A stretch of DNA of 40,882 nt from Candidatus Thorarchaeota archaeon SMTZ1-45 (GTDB lineage: Archaea; Asgardarchaeota; Thorarchaeia; Thorarchaeales; Thorarchaeaceae), in the NCBI GenBank assembly GCA_001563335.1, contig LRSL01000082.1:1-40882 (forward strand), given 5' to 3'. Below are positions 1-8,553 of this stretch, in pieces. The notes below the pieces were generated by a model, which did not search any database, was not told where the DNA came from, and worked only from the letters and a program-made list of their open reading frames with translations. Each line of letters opens with the position of its first letter. Position 1 is the stretch's first letter. Made by a program: the position numbers and the translations under genes.

Positions 1-88
1 TATTCAGTCGTAGGTCTGCATCTTCCAGCGTTATCACTGCGTGTTTCCATCCAAGTTCTGTACGCAGTTTTGCTATCGAAAAATGCAC
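1..88 (-). CDS. Possible 5' fragment of a CDS running off the window edge
   Basis: Open frame from GTG at 88 (VHFSIAKLRTELGWKHAVITLEDADLRLN...), divergent from the MFS gene; too short to verify. Confidence 0.25.
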   Translation of the reverse strand, partial: MHFSIAKLRTELGWKHAVITLEDADLRLN

Positions 89-180
89 ACTTTAAGGGTT
101 GTGTCACATTAACCTAGCTCAGACAGGCATTATCATAAGGACGATAGCAATCTGATTTTTAGTTTCTGGAGTAGTGAAGT

Positions 181-1467
181 ATGACTGATGACGATTATGG
201 AAGTTTCACTGAAGACAAGTCCATAGTCGAAATTAGGTCAGAAGACAGACAAAGATTTGGGTTAAGCAGCAATCTCAGACGGCTTGCTTTGGTAACCGGA
301 ATTGCACAATTCTCAATGAGCCTATGGGTTTGGCAATTTGGGATTTTTCTAGAAGCTAATGTGAACCAACTATGGCAAATCGGACTCACGTTTTCAGTTG
401 GAACCTTCGCGATGATCGTGGGTTATGGAATTTCAGGGCCTATTGCAGATTATATGGGAAGAAAGAATGCTATGATTTTTGCATTTATCCCAATGGCATC
501 CGGACTAATTGCTCTCAGATTCTTCCCAGTCTGGCCACTAATACCCATTGAGTATGCAATAATCGAGATTGGCTGGGCATTTATCATCATCATGACAAGT
601 GCAATGCCTGCAGACGAGATAGCAAAAACAAGTGGAGCTAATGCAGCGAGAACATTCAATATGGTTCTCCTACCAGCATTTTTAGTAGATGGCTTGAGTC
701 CAATTATTGCTGGAATTTTGCTAAATGCAGGTTTTGTGGCAGGTGACCTTCATCTGTTGGCTGCTATTGGTTCCTTGGTGGCAATGTTAGCCACGTATAA
801 AGGTGTTAGAGAAACCCTCGGCAAAGATATCATTGAAACAGCAAGAGCAGGTTCCATTATTACAATCAGAGGATTGGGTCAGAATTTTTGGATTTTCACT
901 GCTGGAATGTTTGGTTATGTTCTTGTCATGAACTTCGCATTTCCTTACATGGGAAATTTGGTCGTCAATGAATGGGGCGTCAATGAATCATTGTATGCTT
1001 TCGCTTGGGGGGCATGGTCATTCACATGTGTTATGTTGATGTATAGTCTTGGATCAGCAACTGACAGGAACATCAGAGCCGCATTGATTATTGGCACCTA
1101 TTCGACAGGAGCTATTGTTGGAATGTTTGCATTTGGTAAAACTTTGATTGATCTTGTCATTCTGAACATCTTTCTGGCCGCGCCAATAGTAATATGGAGT
1201 GGAGCTGAAAAGACTCTTGCAGTTAATGGTGTTAGAAATGAAATGAAAGGTCGCGCACTAGGGACCTATCAATTTATGATGAGTTCTACACGATTAGTGG
1301 GATCATTCATTGGAGCTCTGCTTTGGGATTACTTCGGTAGTCTTAGAGCCGTTTATAGTTTATCTAGTATGGCCGGCATGATTCTTGTTGTGGGTCTTAC
1401 ATATGCTCTTATGAAAGTAAAACTTGAATATAGAGGAGAATCACAAACACTCGTCAAATCCGAGTAA
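181..1467 (+). CDS. MFS transporter
   Basis: About 12 hydrophobic segments; motif A GPIADYMGRK; C-half EMKGRALG motif. Confidence 0.9.
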   Translation: MTDDDYGSFTEDKSIVEIRSEDRQRFGLSSNLRRLALVTGIAQFSMSLWVWQFGIFLEANVNQLWQIGLTFSVGTFAMIVGYGISGPIADYMGRKNAMIFAFIPMASGLIALRFFPVWPLIPIEYAIIEIGWAFIIIMTSAMPADEIAKTSGANAARTFNMVLLPAFLVDGLSPIIAGILLNAGFVAGDLHLLAAIGSLVAMLATYKGVRETLGKDIIETARAGSIITIRGLGQNFWIFTAGMFGYVLVMNFAFPYMGNLVVNEWGVNESLYAFAWGAWSFTCVMLMYSLGSATDRNIRAALIIGTYSTGAIVGMFAFGKTLIDLVILNIFLAAPIVIWSGAEKTLAVNGVRNEMKGRALGTYQFMMSSTRLVGSFIGALLWDYFGSLRAVYSLSSMAGMILVVGLTYALMKVKLEYRGESQTLVKSE

Positions 1468-1524
1468 ATCTCTTATCTTCAAATAAGAAACGATAGAAAT
1501 TGAAAGGAGTCTTGAGGGAGTAAT

Positions 1525-3447
1525 ATGAATGACGACAAATCATCATTCATTGGTCGTCGCTTGAAGCATACTGGAGATTTACTTTTAGGTGGAGCAAAGA
1601 AACAGGTTGGAGATTACAGACTAAAGTTTGAGGGATTGAAAGGGACCTATGATGAATTTCTCTCCAAGCTTCTTGTTACATATATACCTAAGAAGTTCGA
1701 TTTATCATTCGTTGACAAGTTCTTTGGCAAAAGGAAATTAGAATTTGCAGGAATTGATGGGACTGTCTTGAAACATGATGTTTTCGATTTAGTTGTGTTT
1801 TTCGCTGGAGCGTATAGTGCACATGGAGTGATTGAGTTTGAAGATATTGGAAGAGTATCCGTCGTTTATGATGAGAACTACCTCGAAAGGGGGGTTGGTG
1901 TGTCGAGTGTTCTTCCAGTCTACATCAATGAAGTGCCTTTGATAGATCAAACACTCCTAGTACGTGACGAGGATGGGCATGCTGACAATTCAATCACATT
2001 CACTGATGCATGGGTTGTTGACAACTCTGCATTTGCAGATTTCTTGATGGGCCTTGCAGAATTCTATTTAGGATATCAACTAGTTAGCTCAGAAGAACCT
2101 GTTGATATATTATTGATAGACAGGATTTTTTCTTCAGAGATTGCTTCATTCTATGCGGAAACATCGGATTTTAGATTGAGTTTGGATCATGAATGCGGCT
2201 TAATAGGTCACAAAATTGATGGTAGACCATTCACAAAGACTGAATGGGTTTATGCAAGGAAATTGTTTGGAAATCTGAATCTAGGCACACCACCAGCTAG
2301 GGGCGAATTCTTATTTCCCAGAGTCGTGATGGAGCTAATCAAAGAACCAGGTAATTCATTGACACGTGATGACCTGGCAGGAAAGCTTGGTTTAACTGAT
2401 GATTATCATCTATCAAGACTTGATAAGGAACTCCAAAAGGGCATTCGCGGTTCCGGAGAAGTTGAAGGGCTGATTATTCGCAAAGATAAGCACTTTGTTT
2501 TGAAACCAAAATATCGAGACATAAAGGTTCGAATCAAAAAGCTTGTTGAAGAAGTATGTGGACGTATTTTCTCTGGAGATCCCAATGTTTCTTACGATGA
2601 TAGATTCAAGATTGATGGTCGCTGGATAACAACAAACGATCTTGCATTTCTTAGTCTGGCATCATTATATTTGACAATCGAACAATGCTGGGAGAATAAG
2701 ATTCTCCTTGTGGGAGTTGCAAAAGATACATCTGCTAGAGACTTGAAAAGACAGGTTCTTCCAATCTTGAATCATATAGGAAGATTCAAGGGTACATTCG
2801 GAGGAAAGGGTCAAGACACACCAGATACAGATCGAATGATTCTCCAATGGATATCATTACATGAAAAAGACAAGTTAGTAGTCCCGTGGGCAACCGTTGA
2901 GTATGATACAGCATTCAAAACAATAGTTCCCCATTTTGACAGAAAACCAGAATTGGTTTCTGGAGCTCGTAGAAATCAAATATCCTTAGAAAAGACATTC
3001 GCGAAATCCTACTTTCAGCTCTGTCAAGCTGCATCTGATAAAAGACTACGAAGTAATGTTCTGCTCTATGACAGACTAATCTATCCCGAGTTTGATAAAG
3101 AATCAACTCAGATGACAATACTCAAACATGATTATGAGAATAGACCGGACAATCCTGAATCTGTAGAAGTCGTCTTTTATGAAGGGATCAATAATCAAAT
3201 TCAATCGTTCATTATTCCACTTTTTGAGGCAATGACAAGTTTAAGCATCCCAGAACTCTTTGGGCACTTGAAGCCACTTTACATAGCAGACAAGGTGGCA
3301 AAGTATTATTGGAGCCAATTCAAAGGCATGGTAGAGAGTGCGGGAATGTGGTTAGTCAACCGTCCTGATTTGAGGGAGTTTCTATTCTATCTAAGTAGTT
3401 TTAGAGAGAGGAGGTCAAGTGTTGAACAATCAAGAAAGTACTCATGA
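1525..3447 (+). CDS. nurA: NurA-family (RNase H fold) nuclease with large internal insertion
   Basis: Motifs FAGIDGT, AEF, LLIDR, VGVAKDTS and C-terminal PLYIADKVAK in NurA order; overlaps the downstream HerA gene. Confidence 0.75.
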   Translation: MNDDKSSFIGRRLKHTGDLLLGGAKKQVGDYRLKFEGLKGTYDEFLSKLLVTYIPKKFDLSFVDKFFGKRKLEFAGIDGTVLKHDVFDLVVFFAGAYSAHGVIEFEDIGRVSVVYDENYLERGVGVSSVLPVYINEVPLIDQTLLVRDEDGHADNSITFTDAWVVDNSAFADFLMGLAEFYLGYQLVSSEEPVDILLIDRIFSSEIASFYAETSDFRLSLDHECGLIGHKIDGRPFTKTEWVYARKLFGNLNLGTPPARGEFLFPRVVMELIKEPGNSLTRDDLAGKLGLTDDYHLSRLDKELQKGIRGSGEVEGLIIRKDKHFVLKPKYRDIKVRIKKLVEEVCGRIFSGDPNVSYDDRFKIDGRWITTNDLAFLSLASLYLTIEQCWENKILLVGVAKDTSARDLKRQVLPILNHIGRFKGTFGGKGQDTPDTDRMILQWISLHEKDKLVVPWATVEYDTAFKTIVPHFDRKPELVSGARRNQISLEKTFAKSYFQLCQAASDKRLRSNVLLYDRLIYPEFDKESTQMTILKHDYENRPDNPESVEVVFYEGINNQIQSFIIPLFEAMTSLSIPELFGHLKPLYIADKVAKYYWSQFKGMVESAGMWLVNRPDLREFLFYLSSFRERRSSVEQSRKYS

Positions 3448-5305
3448 GAAATATTTCACAGATTTTGATGGTGCATTTGATGGAAGGCTTGCACGAGTGA
3501 TTCCTGTTGCTGCAAATTACACATCAGAATGGGCGGGCTCAGCTGCAAGATATGATTGTAGGATTAAACTACGATACAATAAAGAATTAATGGCGCAGCT
3601 AGAAGAGGGGATGCTTCTGGCAGTACGAAATTTCAAGGGGCAGTCAAAGAAATCAGGAAAGGATAAAATTCAGAGATATACTGTAATGGTAATTAGTAAA
3701 GTTTGGCCGCTCCATTATGGATTGGGAGGAGTAAATGATAGTCATTATTATCCACTCCAAATGGAGATAATTGAACAGTCCGTTCCAGACTGGTCGACTG
3801 ACGACCAATCAACCATGATGGTTCATATGACAGCGGTTCCAATTAATTATGATTTGGTTATTGATTCAGCAGGAGAATTCGAATTCAAGAAGGGGTTCTC
3901 ATATCCATTGCTTGGTGAGAGAGTGCATGTCATTAATATGGAAACTATCGATAAAATATACAATTCTCGAGTAAAAGAAGCTATAGCTCACACAAAATCA
4001 ACGACATCTCCAGACCCTAAGAAAGCCCCTAGAATAGGTACTCTGAGGATGTTTCTTGAGAGAGATGAACAAGTTCCCATCTACATTGATTTCAACAAAC
4101 TCCTTAGATATCATTTCGGTGTCTTCTCTTTTACTGGAGGGGGTAAAAGCAATCTCCTCTCTAATCTGTTTAGAAGGATATTATATCACACAAAAGATAC
4201 CAAACTGATCATTTTCGATATAAGTTGCGAATATCCGTTTCTTCTCTCAGATGTCATTTCAGATCCAAAGATTTCTTGCAAAGTCATTTTGGAGGAGGAA
4301 GCAAAGTCTGCAGATCATTTTGCACGATCAATAGTGAAACCGCGAGATTTTGAAGATGATGATTCTGCAAACAATATTTTGAGAAAATTATACGAAGATG
4401 GCCATGTCACATTCTACAATCAACCCCTGACTGCTGTTCCCACATTTGGAGGTCTTTTGGAAGAGATACAAGATATGAAGACTGCTCAATCTCTAGACAA
4501 ACCTCATTATATTCAAGCTATTGATGAAGTGCTAAACTTTGTTGCAGATTGGATGGAAAATAACAATAAAACTGCAGGCGAGAAGCTAGACAATGATTTC
4601 ATTGACAAGTTTGCTCTTACAGCGAAAAGTGCTGTTGAAACATTTAATGTCCATAGCAGCTCTGGAGTATATGCATGGGCTACCACTCGGGATAGCTTAA
4701 AGCGAAGCTTAGCTAGAGCAGATAAAGCAATGACTACTGGAGTTACTGTAAAAGATATTCTGAATATGTTTTCAGGACCAGAACGAGTAATTTGCATTTC
4801 ACTTGCAGATCCCGAAATGTTACGAGATTTAGTCATAAGACTAACTAGCGCGGCTCTAAAATACCGAAAGCGAAGATTTGAGATTAAACCACAAATACTC
4901 TTTGTGTTCGATGAGGCTCAAGAGTTCATCCCTAACAAAGCCAGTGGTCAACTTGAACGCTGTAGTCATGCAGTTGAGAAACTCCTCCGACAAGGCAGAA
5001 AGTATGGCCTTGGAGGTGCAATTGCTACTCAGAGAATTGCCTATCTTAATACAAACATTATGCAGCAACTCCACACTTTCTTTGTGGGCACCCTTCCTAG
5101 ACCCTATGATAGAACAGTTGTAAGTAGCTCTTTTCAAATTGACCTGAGCATTCTGGACAAGACTCTTGAATTCCCACCAGGCTCGTGGTTATTATCAAGC
5201 TACATAGCCACAGGTCTTGACAATGTTCCTGTGTTTGTAAAGGCAGACAACTCAGAAGATGTTTTGAAAGAGCATGTAGCAACAATGAAAATACTAGGAA
5301 ATTAG
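3419..5305 (+). CDS. herA: HerA/FtsK-family ATPase (helicase/translocase)
   Basis: HFGVFSFTGGGKSN Walker A, FVFDEAQEF Walker B, RQGRKYGLGGAIATQR arginine-finger/sensor motif; N-terminal beta-rich region consistent with HAS barrel; GAGGAGGT RBS before GTG. Confidence 0.9.
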   Translation: MLNNQESTHEKYFTDFDGAFDGRLARVIPVAANYTSEWAGSAARYDCRIKLRYNKELMAQLEEGMLLAVRNFKGQSKKSGKDKIQRYTVMVISKVWPLHYGLGGVNDSHYYPLQMEIIEQSVPDWSTDDQSTMMVHMTAVPINYDLVIDSAGEFEFKKGFSYPLLGERVHVINMETIDKIYNSRVKEAIAHTKSTTSPDPKKAPRIGTLRMFLERDEQVPIYIDFNKLLRYHFGVFSFTGGGKSNLLSNLFRRILYHTKDTKLIIFDISCEYPFLLSDVISDPKISCKVILEEEAKSADHFARSIVKPRDFEDDDSANNILRKLYEDGHVTFYNQPLTAVPTFGGLLEEIQDMKTAQSLDKPHYIQAIDEVLNFVADWMENNNKTAGEKLDNDFIDKFALTAKSAVETFNVHSSSGVYAWATTRDSLKRSLARADKAMTTGVTVKDILNMFSGPERVICISLADPEMLRDLVIRLTSAALKYRKRRFEIKPQILFVFDEAQEFIPNKASGQLERCSHAVEKLLRQGRKYGLGGAIATQRIAYLNTNIMQQLHTFFVGTLPRPYDRTVVSSSFQIDLSILDKTLEFPPGSWLLSSYIATGLDNVPVFVKADNSEDVLKEHVATMKILGN

Positions 5306-5326
5306 TATGATTTAGACATAATCATA

Positions 5327-6055
5327 TTAGCTTAGTTCATCGGGGTTTATTGATTGAATTTCATCAATATCGTGAGTGTCAGCAAACTCTCCAAACAAGT
5401 GCCCAGAGCGTCTGGCTTTAGTTTCTATGTATGCCTTGCTATACTGAGTGGGCTCAACAATAAGTGGAAGACGTTCCACGATTGTAATTCCTGCATCAGA
5501 TAGTTGACGTATCTTCTCAGGGTTGTTTGTCAATAGCTTGATGGATTTCACTTGCAAGTTTTTGAGAATGTTCGCAGCAATTCCATAATCACGTTCATCA
5601 GGTTTGTATCCTAGGTGTATGTTTGCATCTATTGTATCAAGACCTTGGTCTTGAAGAGCGTATGCTTTAATTTTTTCAGTGAGCCCAATATTCCTTCCCT
5701 CTTGTCGAAGATAGAGGAGAGCACCTTCACCCTCTTTCTCAATGATCTTCAGTGATTCTAATAATTGGTCACGACAATCACAACGCTGACTGCCCATAAC
5801 ATCCCCGGTCAAACATTCAGAATGGACCCTAGTGACAACACCTTCCTTCCCTACAATGTCGCCTTTGATGATTGCAGTATGTTCTTTTCCATCACAGGGA
5901 CTGACAAAACCAGCAATCTGAAACTCTCCAAATCTGCTAGGTAGATCAGCAATGGCAACCAGTTGAACACAGCATTCATCAGTTACGCATACTTGGCGCT
6001 CACTAGCCACAAGCAACATATCGATTTGGTCAGAGGATAGTTTCATCTCAATCAA
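5327..6055 (-). CDS. ribA: GTP cyclohydrolase II
   Basis: RVHSECLTGDVMGSQRCDCRDQL, YLRQEGRNIGL, LLTNNPEK signature motifs. Confidence 0.95.
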   Translation of the reverse strand: MIEMKLSSDQIDMLLVASERQVCVTDECCVQLVAIADLPSRFGEFQIAGFVSPCDGKEHTAIIKGDIVGKEGVVTRVHSECLTGDVMGSQRCDCRDQLLESLKIIEKEGEGALLYLRQEGRNIGLTEKIKAYALQDQGLDTIDANIHLGYKPDERDYGIAANILKNLQVKSIKLLTNNPEKIRQLSDAGITIVERLPLIVEPTQYSKAYIETKARRSGHLFGEFADTHDIDEIQSINPDELS

Positions 6056-6134
6056 AGGCTGTCGCTTGCTTCATCTTGATATATCTTTGTAATGAGCAAT
6101 TTCCGGCATTTCTAAATAGCACCAAATCTTCATT

Positions 6135-7232
6135 GTGCCATCGTTCCGTGAGGGAATCGGATTGACAAGAAACCATAAGACTGCAGTAGAATTGAGCCAG
6201 GAGTGGCTAAAAGAAAACACGAAGCGGTATGCGTTTAAGAAACTAGAACGGGAGATAATTCAGACAGGAGCCTGTGTAGAATGTGGTTCCTGTGTTGCTG
6301 GTTGCCCTGTTGATGCTATTACTGGAGAGCGGGTTGAGAGCAAGTATGTTCCTGTCTTGACTGGTAAGTGCATAGCCTGCGGAACTTGCTATGCTATGTG
6401 CCCAAGGACAGCTATTCTTGACACTGATATTATTGGTGAGTATAGCAATGTCTGGAAGGTGAGGGCACTCAACGATCACAAACGGCAAGATGGAGGAGCA
6501 GTCACAGCAATTCTAGGAACAATGCTCGAGAAGAAATTGATAGAGGCAGCCATTGTTGTTGGACACTCTGATGATAATCTATGGTTACCTGCCGCAAAGA
6601 AAGTTGCAACAAAAGATGAGCTATTGACATCAGGAGGAACATTCTACACTCATGCGCAAGTCATAGAGCAAATGGTGAACTGCTTCAAAGAGAACCTTTC
6701 AAACATAGGAGTGGTTGGAACTGCATGCAATATTGACGCAATACATAGGTTGCAGTCACATCCTGGAAGCGTCTTTAATGTTGATTCTAAACCACCTACT
6801 GCATTCAAAGTGAGTCTGTTTTGTATGGAGTCATTTGATTACAAAGGGCTAGCAGGATTCCTAAAGAAAGAGAGTATCGACATCAAGAAAGTGGATAGGT
6901 TTGCAATTGCTAAGGGAGAGTTCATGGTCACAGTTGACGGGGAAACAAAGAATTGGCCAATTAAAGACCTAGATTATATTGCATCTTCCTCGTGCGCGTA
7001 TTGTACAGACTTCACTGGGATAAATTCGGATCTTTCATGTGGAAATATTGGTTCTGATGACGGATGGACTACTGTCATAGTCCGAAGCAAGCAAGGAGAA
7101 CAAGCGTTGAAGTTAGCAGTAAAAGAGGGAATAATTGAAGCAGAAAAGATAGATGATAGTGCGCTTCAAGCAGTGATAAACACAGCGCGTTCTAAGATGA
7201 ACAAGAGGTATAAATTAAAGTCACCTCATTAG
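6135..7232 (+). CDS. Coenzyme F420 hydrogenase/dehydrogenase beta-subunit family (FrhB/FdhB-like) with N-terminal 2x[4Fe-4S] ferredoxin
   Basis: CVECGSCVAGCP and CIACGTCYAMCP ferredoxin motifs; QDGGAVTA, VGTAC, LFCMESF, CAYCTDF, SCGNIGSDDGWT. True start may be slightly downstream. Confidence 0.9.
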   Translation: MPSFREGIGLTRNHKTAVELSQEWLKENTKRYAFKKLEREIIQTGACVECGSCVAGCPVDAITGERVESKYVPVLTGKCIACGTCYAMCPRTAILDTDIIGEYSNVWKVRALNDHKRQDGGAVTAILGTMLEKKLIEAAIVVGHSDDNLWLPAAKKVATKDELLTSGGTFYTHAQVIEQMVNCFKENLSNIGVVGTACNIDAIHRLQSHPGSVFNVDSKPPTAFKVSLFCMESFDYKGLAGFLKKESIDIKKVDRFAIAKGEFMVTVDGETKNWPIKDLDYIASSSCAYCTDFTGINSDLSCGNIGSDDGWTTVIVRSKQGEQALKLAVKEGIIEAEKIDDSALQAVINTARSKMNKRYKLKSPH

Positions 7233-7242
7233 GTAGATCCAT

Positions 7243-7290
7243 GATAAGAGGTAGAGTGAGAAGTTCTAACTCTCACTCTGTCTTTCTATC
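7243..7290. terminator. Stem-loop between convergent genes, possible bidirectional terminator
   Basis: AGAGTGAGA (7253-7261) pairs with TCTCACTCT (7271-7279); extendable with G-U pairs to GATA/TATC. Confidence 0.55.
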
Positions 7291-8108
7291 TAACGTCTTC
7301 TCATGAATACCACAGCAACAATGATGACTACTCCTGCGACTCCGCCTCCAACAAAGAGTAGAGTCATATCAAGTGGGGTTCCAACACCGGTCGGCGTAGT
7401 TCCGGTTGGCGTAGTTGGAGTTGTATGATCATTAATCTGAGCTCTCTCAATTGGTTCATCATCAACCACGATATTGTCGAATTGCGCACCTTCCACAGGA
7501 ACCCTTGCTTCAAGGATAAATCGCTCGGAGTAGTTATATTCTGTATCTACAGCAGAAAAATCAGGATCAGTAGGGAAAGATGTCGCATTAACATATACAT
7601 CAAAACCGCCAGTCGAATTTCGACTCACATCTATAGATGTCCATGTATTTTCAAGACCCTCAGTTTCTATGCTACCTAACCAATAATTTGCTGTATTACT
7701 ACCCATACGTCTTAGAAGCGAGATTGTATTCACGTCGAATTGAATTACATATCCATAGATTAGACCAGACTCGGTTTCATTGGCGATAAAAAAGATGGTA
7801 GTTTTATAATAAGTGTCAGCATCTGGATGATATACATCAAAACTCCATGCTCCTTCGTATAGCGAGCTATTATGCCAAATTCGATTTCTTACGTCTTGAA
7901 AAAGATAGTTTACCTCTAGTGTCCCATCCGGTGTAACAGTCCAATTTCCTGATTGTACAGTCCAACCATCCATATCGCCCTCGAAGTATTCACTCCATTC
8001 ATCAGTTGCTGCGGATTGAGGGAATAAAGCGAATACGAAGAGTACGACAATCAAAAGTCCTGAATATCTCATTATTCTAGTTTTCAATTGCTCTCCTCCA
8101 ATACGCAT
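7290..8108 (-). CDS. Secreted, C-terminally anchored surface protein (beta-sandwich, concanavalin-like)
   Basis: Signal peptide; aromatic beta-rich core (FEGDMDGWTVQSGNW); Thr/Pro linker TTPTTPTGTTPTG; TM helix plus RRR. Likely start is TTG at 8087 after GGAGGAG. Confidence 0.7.
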   Translation of the reverse strand: MRIGGEQLKTRIMRYSGLLIVVLFVFALFPQSAATDEWSEYFEGDMDGWTVQSGNWTVTPDGTLEVNYLFQDVRNRIWHNSSLYEGAWSFDVYHPDADTYYKTTIFFIANETESGLIYGYVIQFDVNTISLLRRMGSNTANYWLGSIETEGLENTWTSIDVSRNSTGGFDVYVNATSFPTDPDFSAVDTEYNYSERFILEARVPVEGAQFDNIVVDDEPIERAQINDHTTPTTPTGTTPTGVGTPLDMTLLFVGGGVAGVVIIVAVVFMRRR

Positions 8109-8120
8109 GGATAAACATCT

Positions 8121-8190
8121 ATGTAATTTAATTACTGGTAATTCAAATTTATAGTTACATTATATATATATAAGAATGTTTCGCGTAATT
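8121..8190. promoter_or_regulatory. Divergent promoter with repeated GTAATT/AATTAC boxes and TA tract
   Basis: Palindrome AATTAC-TG-GTAATT at 8130-8143; extra GTAATT at 8123 and 8185; TATATATATATA at 8161-8172. Confidence 0.45.
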
Positions 8191-8532
8191 AAAAGTGATA
8201 TTTGGAGGTCGTCACGGTTGGTTCAGAAGAAGAAAGAACAGTCTTCTCACAAGGTGAAAGACGAGCTACTCGAAGAATTATCCACACAAGGAGTAGATTC
8301 GAAACGTGGCGCTCCTGTTATGACTCGTCTTAATGATGAACTCATTGATATGTTAGACACGCTTGTGAAACTTGACATCTTCAAAAGTAGATCTGAAGCT
8401 ATTGCATCTATTATCGCGAAAGTACTGTACGGTCAAAAGGAGAATTTCAAGCAGTTAAAGGCGGAAATCTCTAAGATCGAGAAGATCCAAGACTCTGCTA
8501 AGGAAATCGTCGCTGATACTCTGAAGGCGTAA
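8176..8532 (+). CDS. Ribbon-helix-helix (CopG-like) DNA-binding protein with C-terminal coiled coil
   Basis: PVMTRLNDELIDMLDTLVKLDIFKSRSEAIASII fits the RHH pattern. Likely start is TTG at 8218 after GGAGGT. Confidence 0.75.
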   Translation: MFRVIKSDIWRSSRLVQKKKEQSSHKVKDELLEELSTQGVDSKRGAPVMTRLNDELIDMLDTLVKLDIFKSRSEAIASIIAKVLYGQKENFKQLKAEISKIEKIQDSAKEIVADTLKA

Positions 8533-8553
8533 TATTCAGATTCTATGATTGAT

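Noticed and set aside
7241-7290. Hairpin preceded by ATGA after the FrhB-family gene as a possible SECIS element
   Set aside because: No matching 3' GA for a kink-turn core and no in-frame TGA in the adjacent genes; a terminator-like hairpin is more likely
7378-7425. Short repeated DNA units (CCGGT.GGCGTAGTT)
   Set aside because: They encode the Thr/Pro linker; not a CRISPR array or independent repeat
8176-8532. RHH protein as the antitoxin of a TA pair
   Set aside because: No co-oriented PIN/RelE-type toxin gene is adjacent
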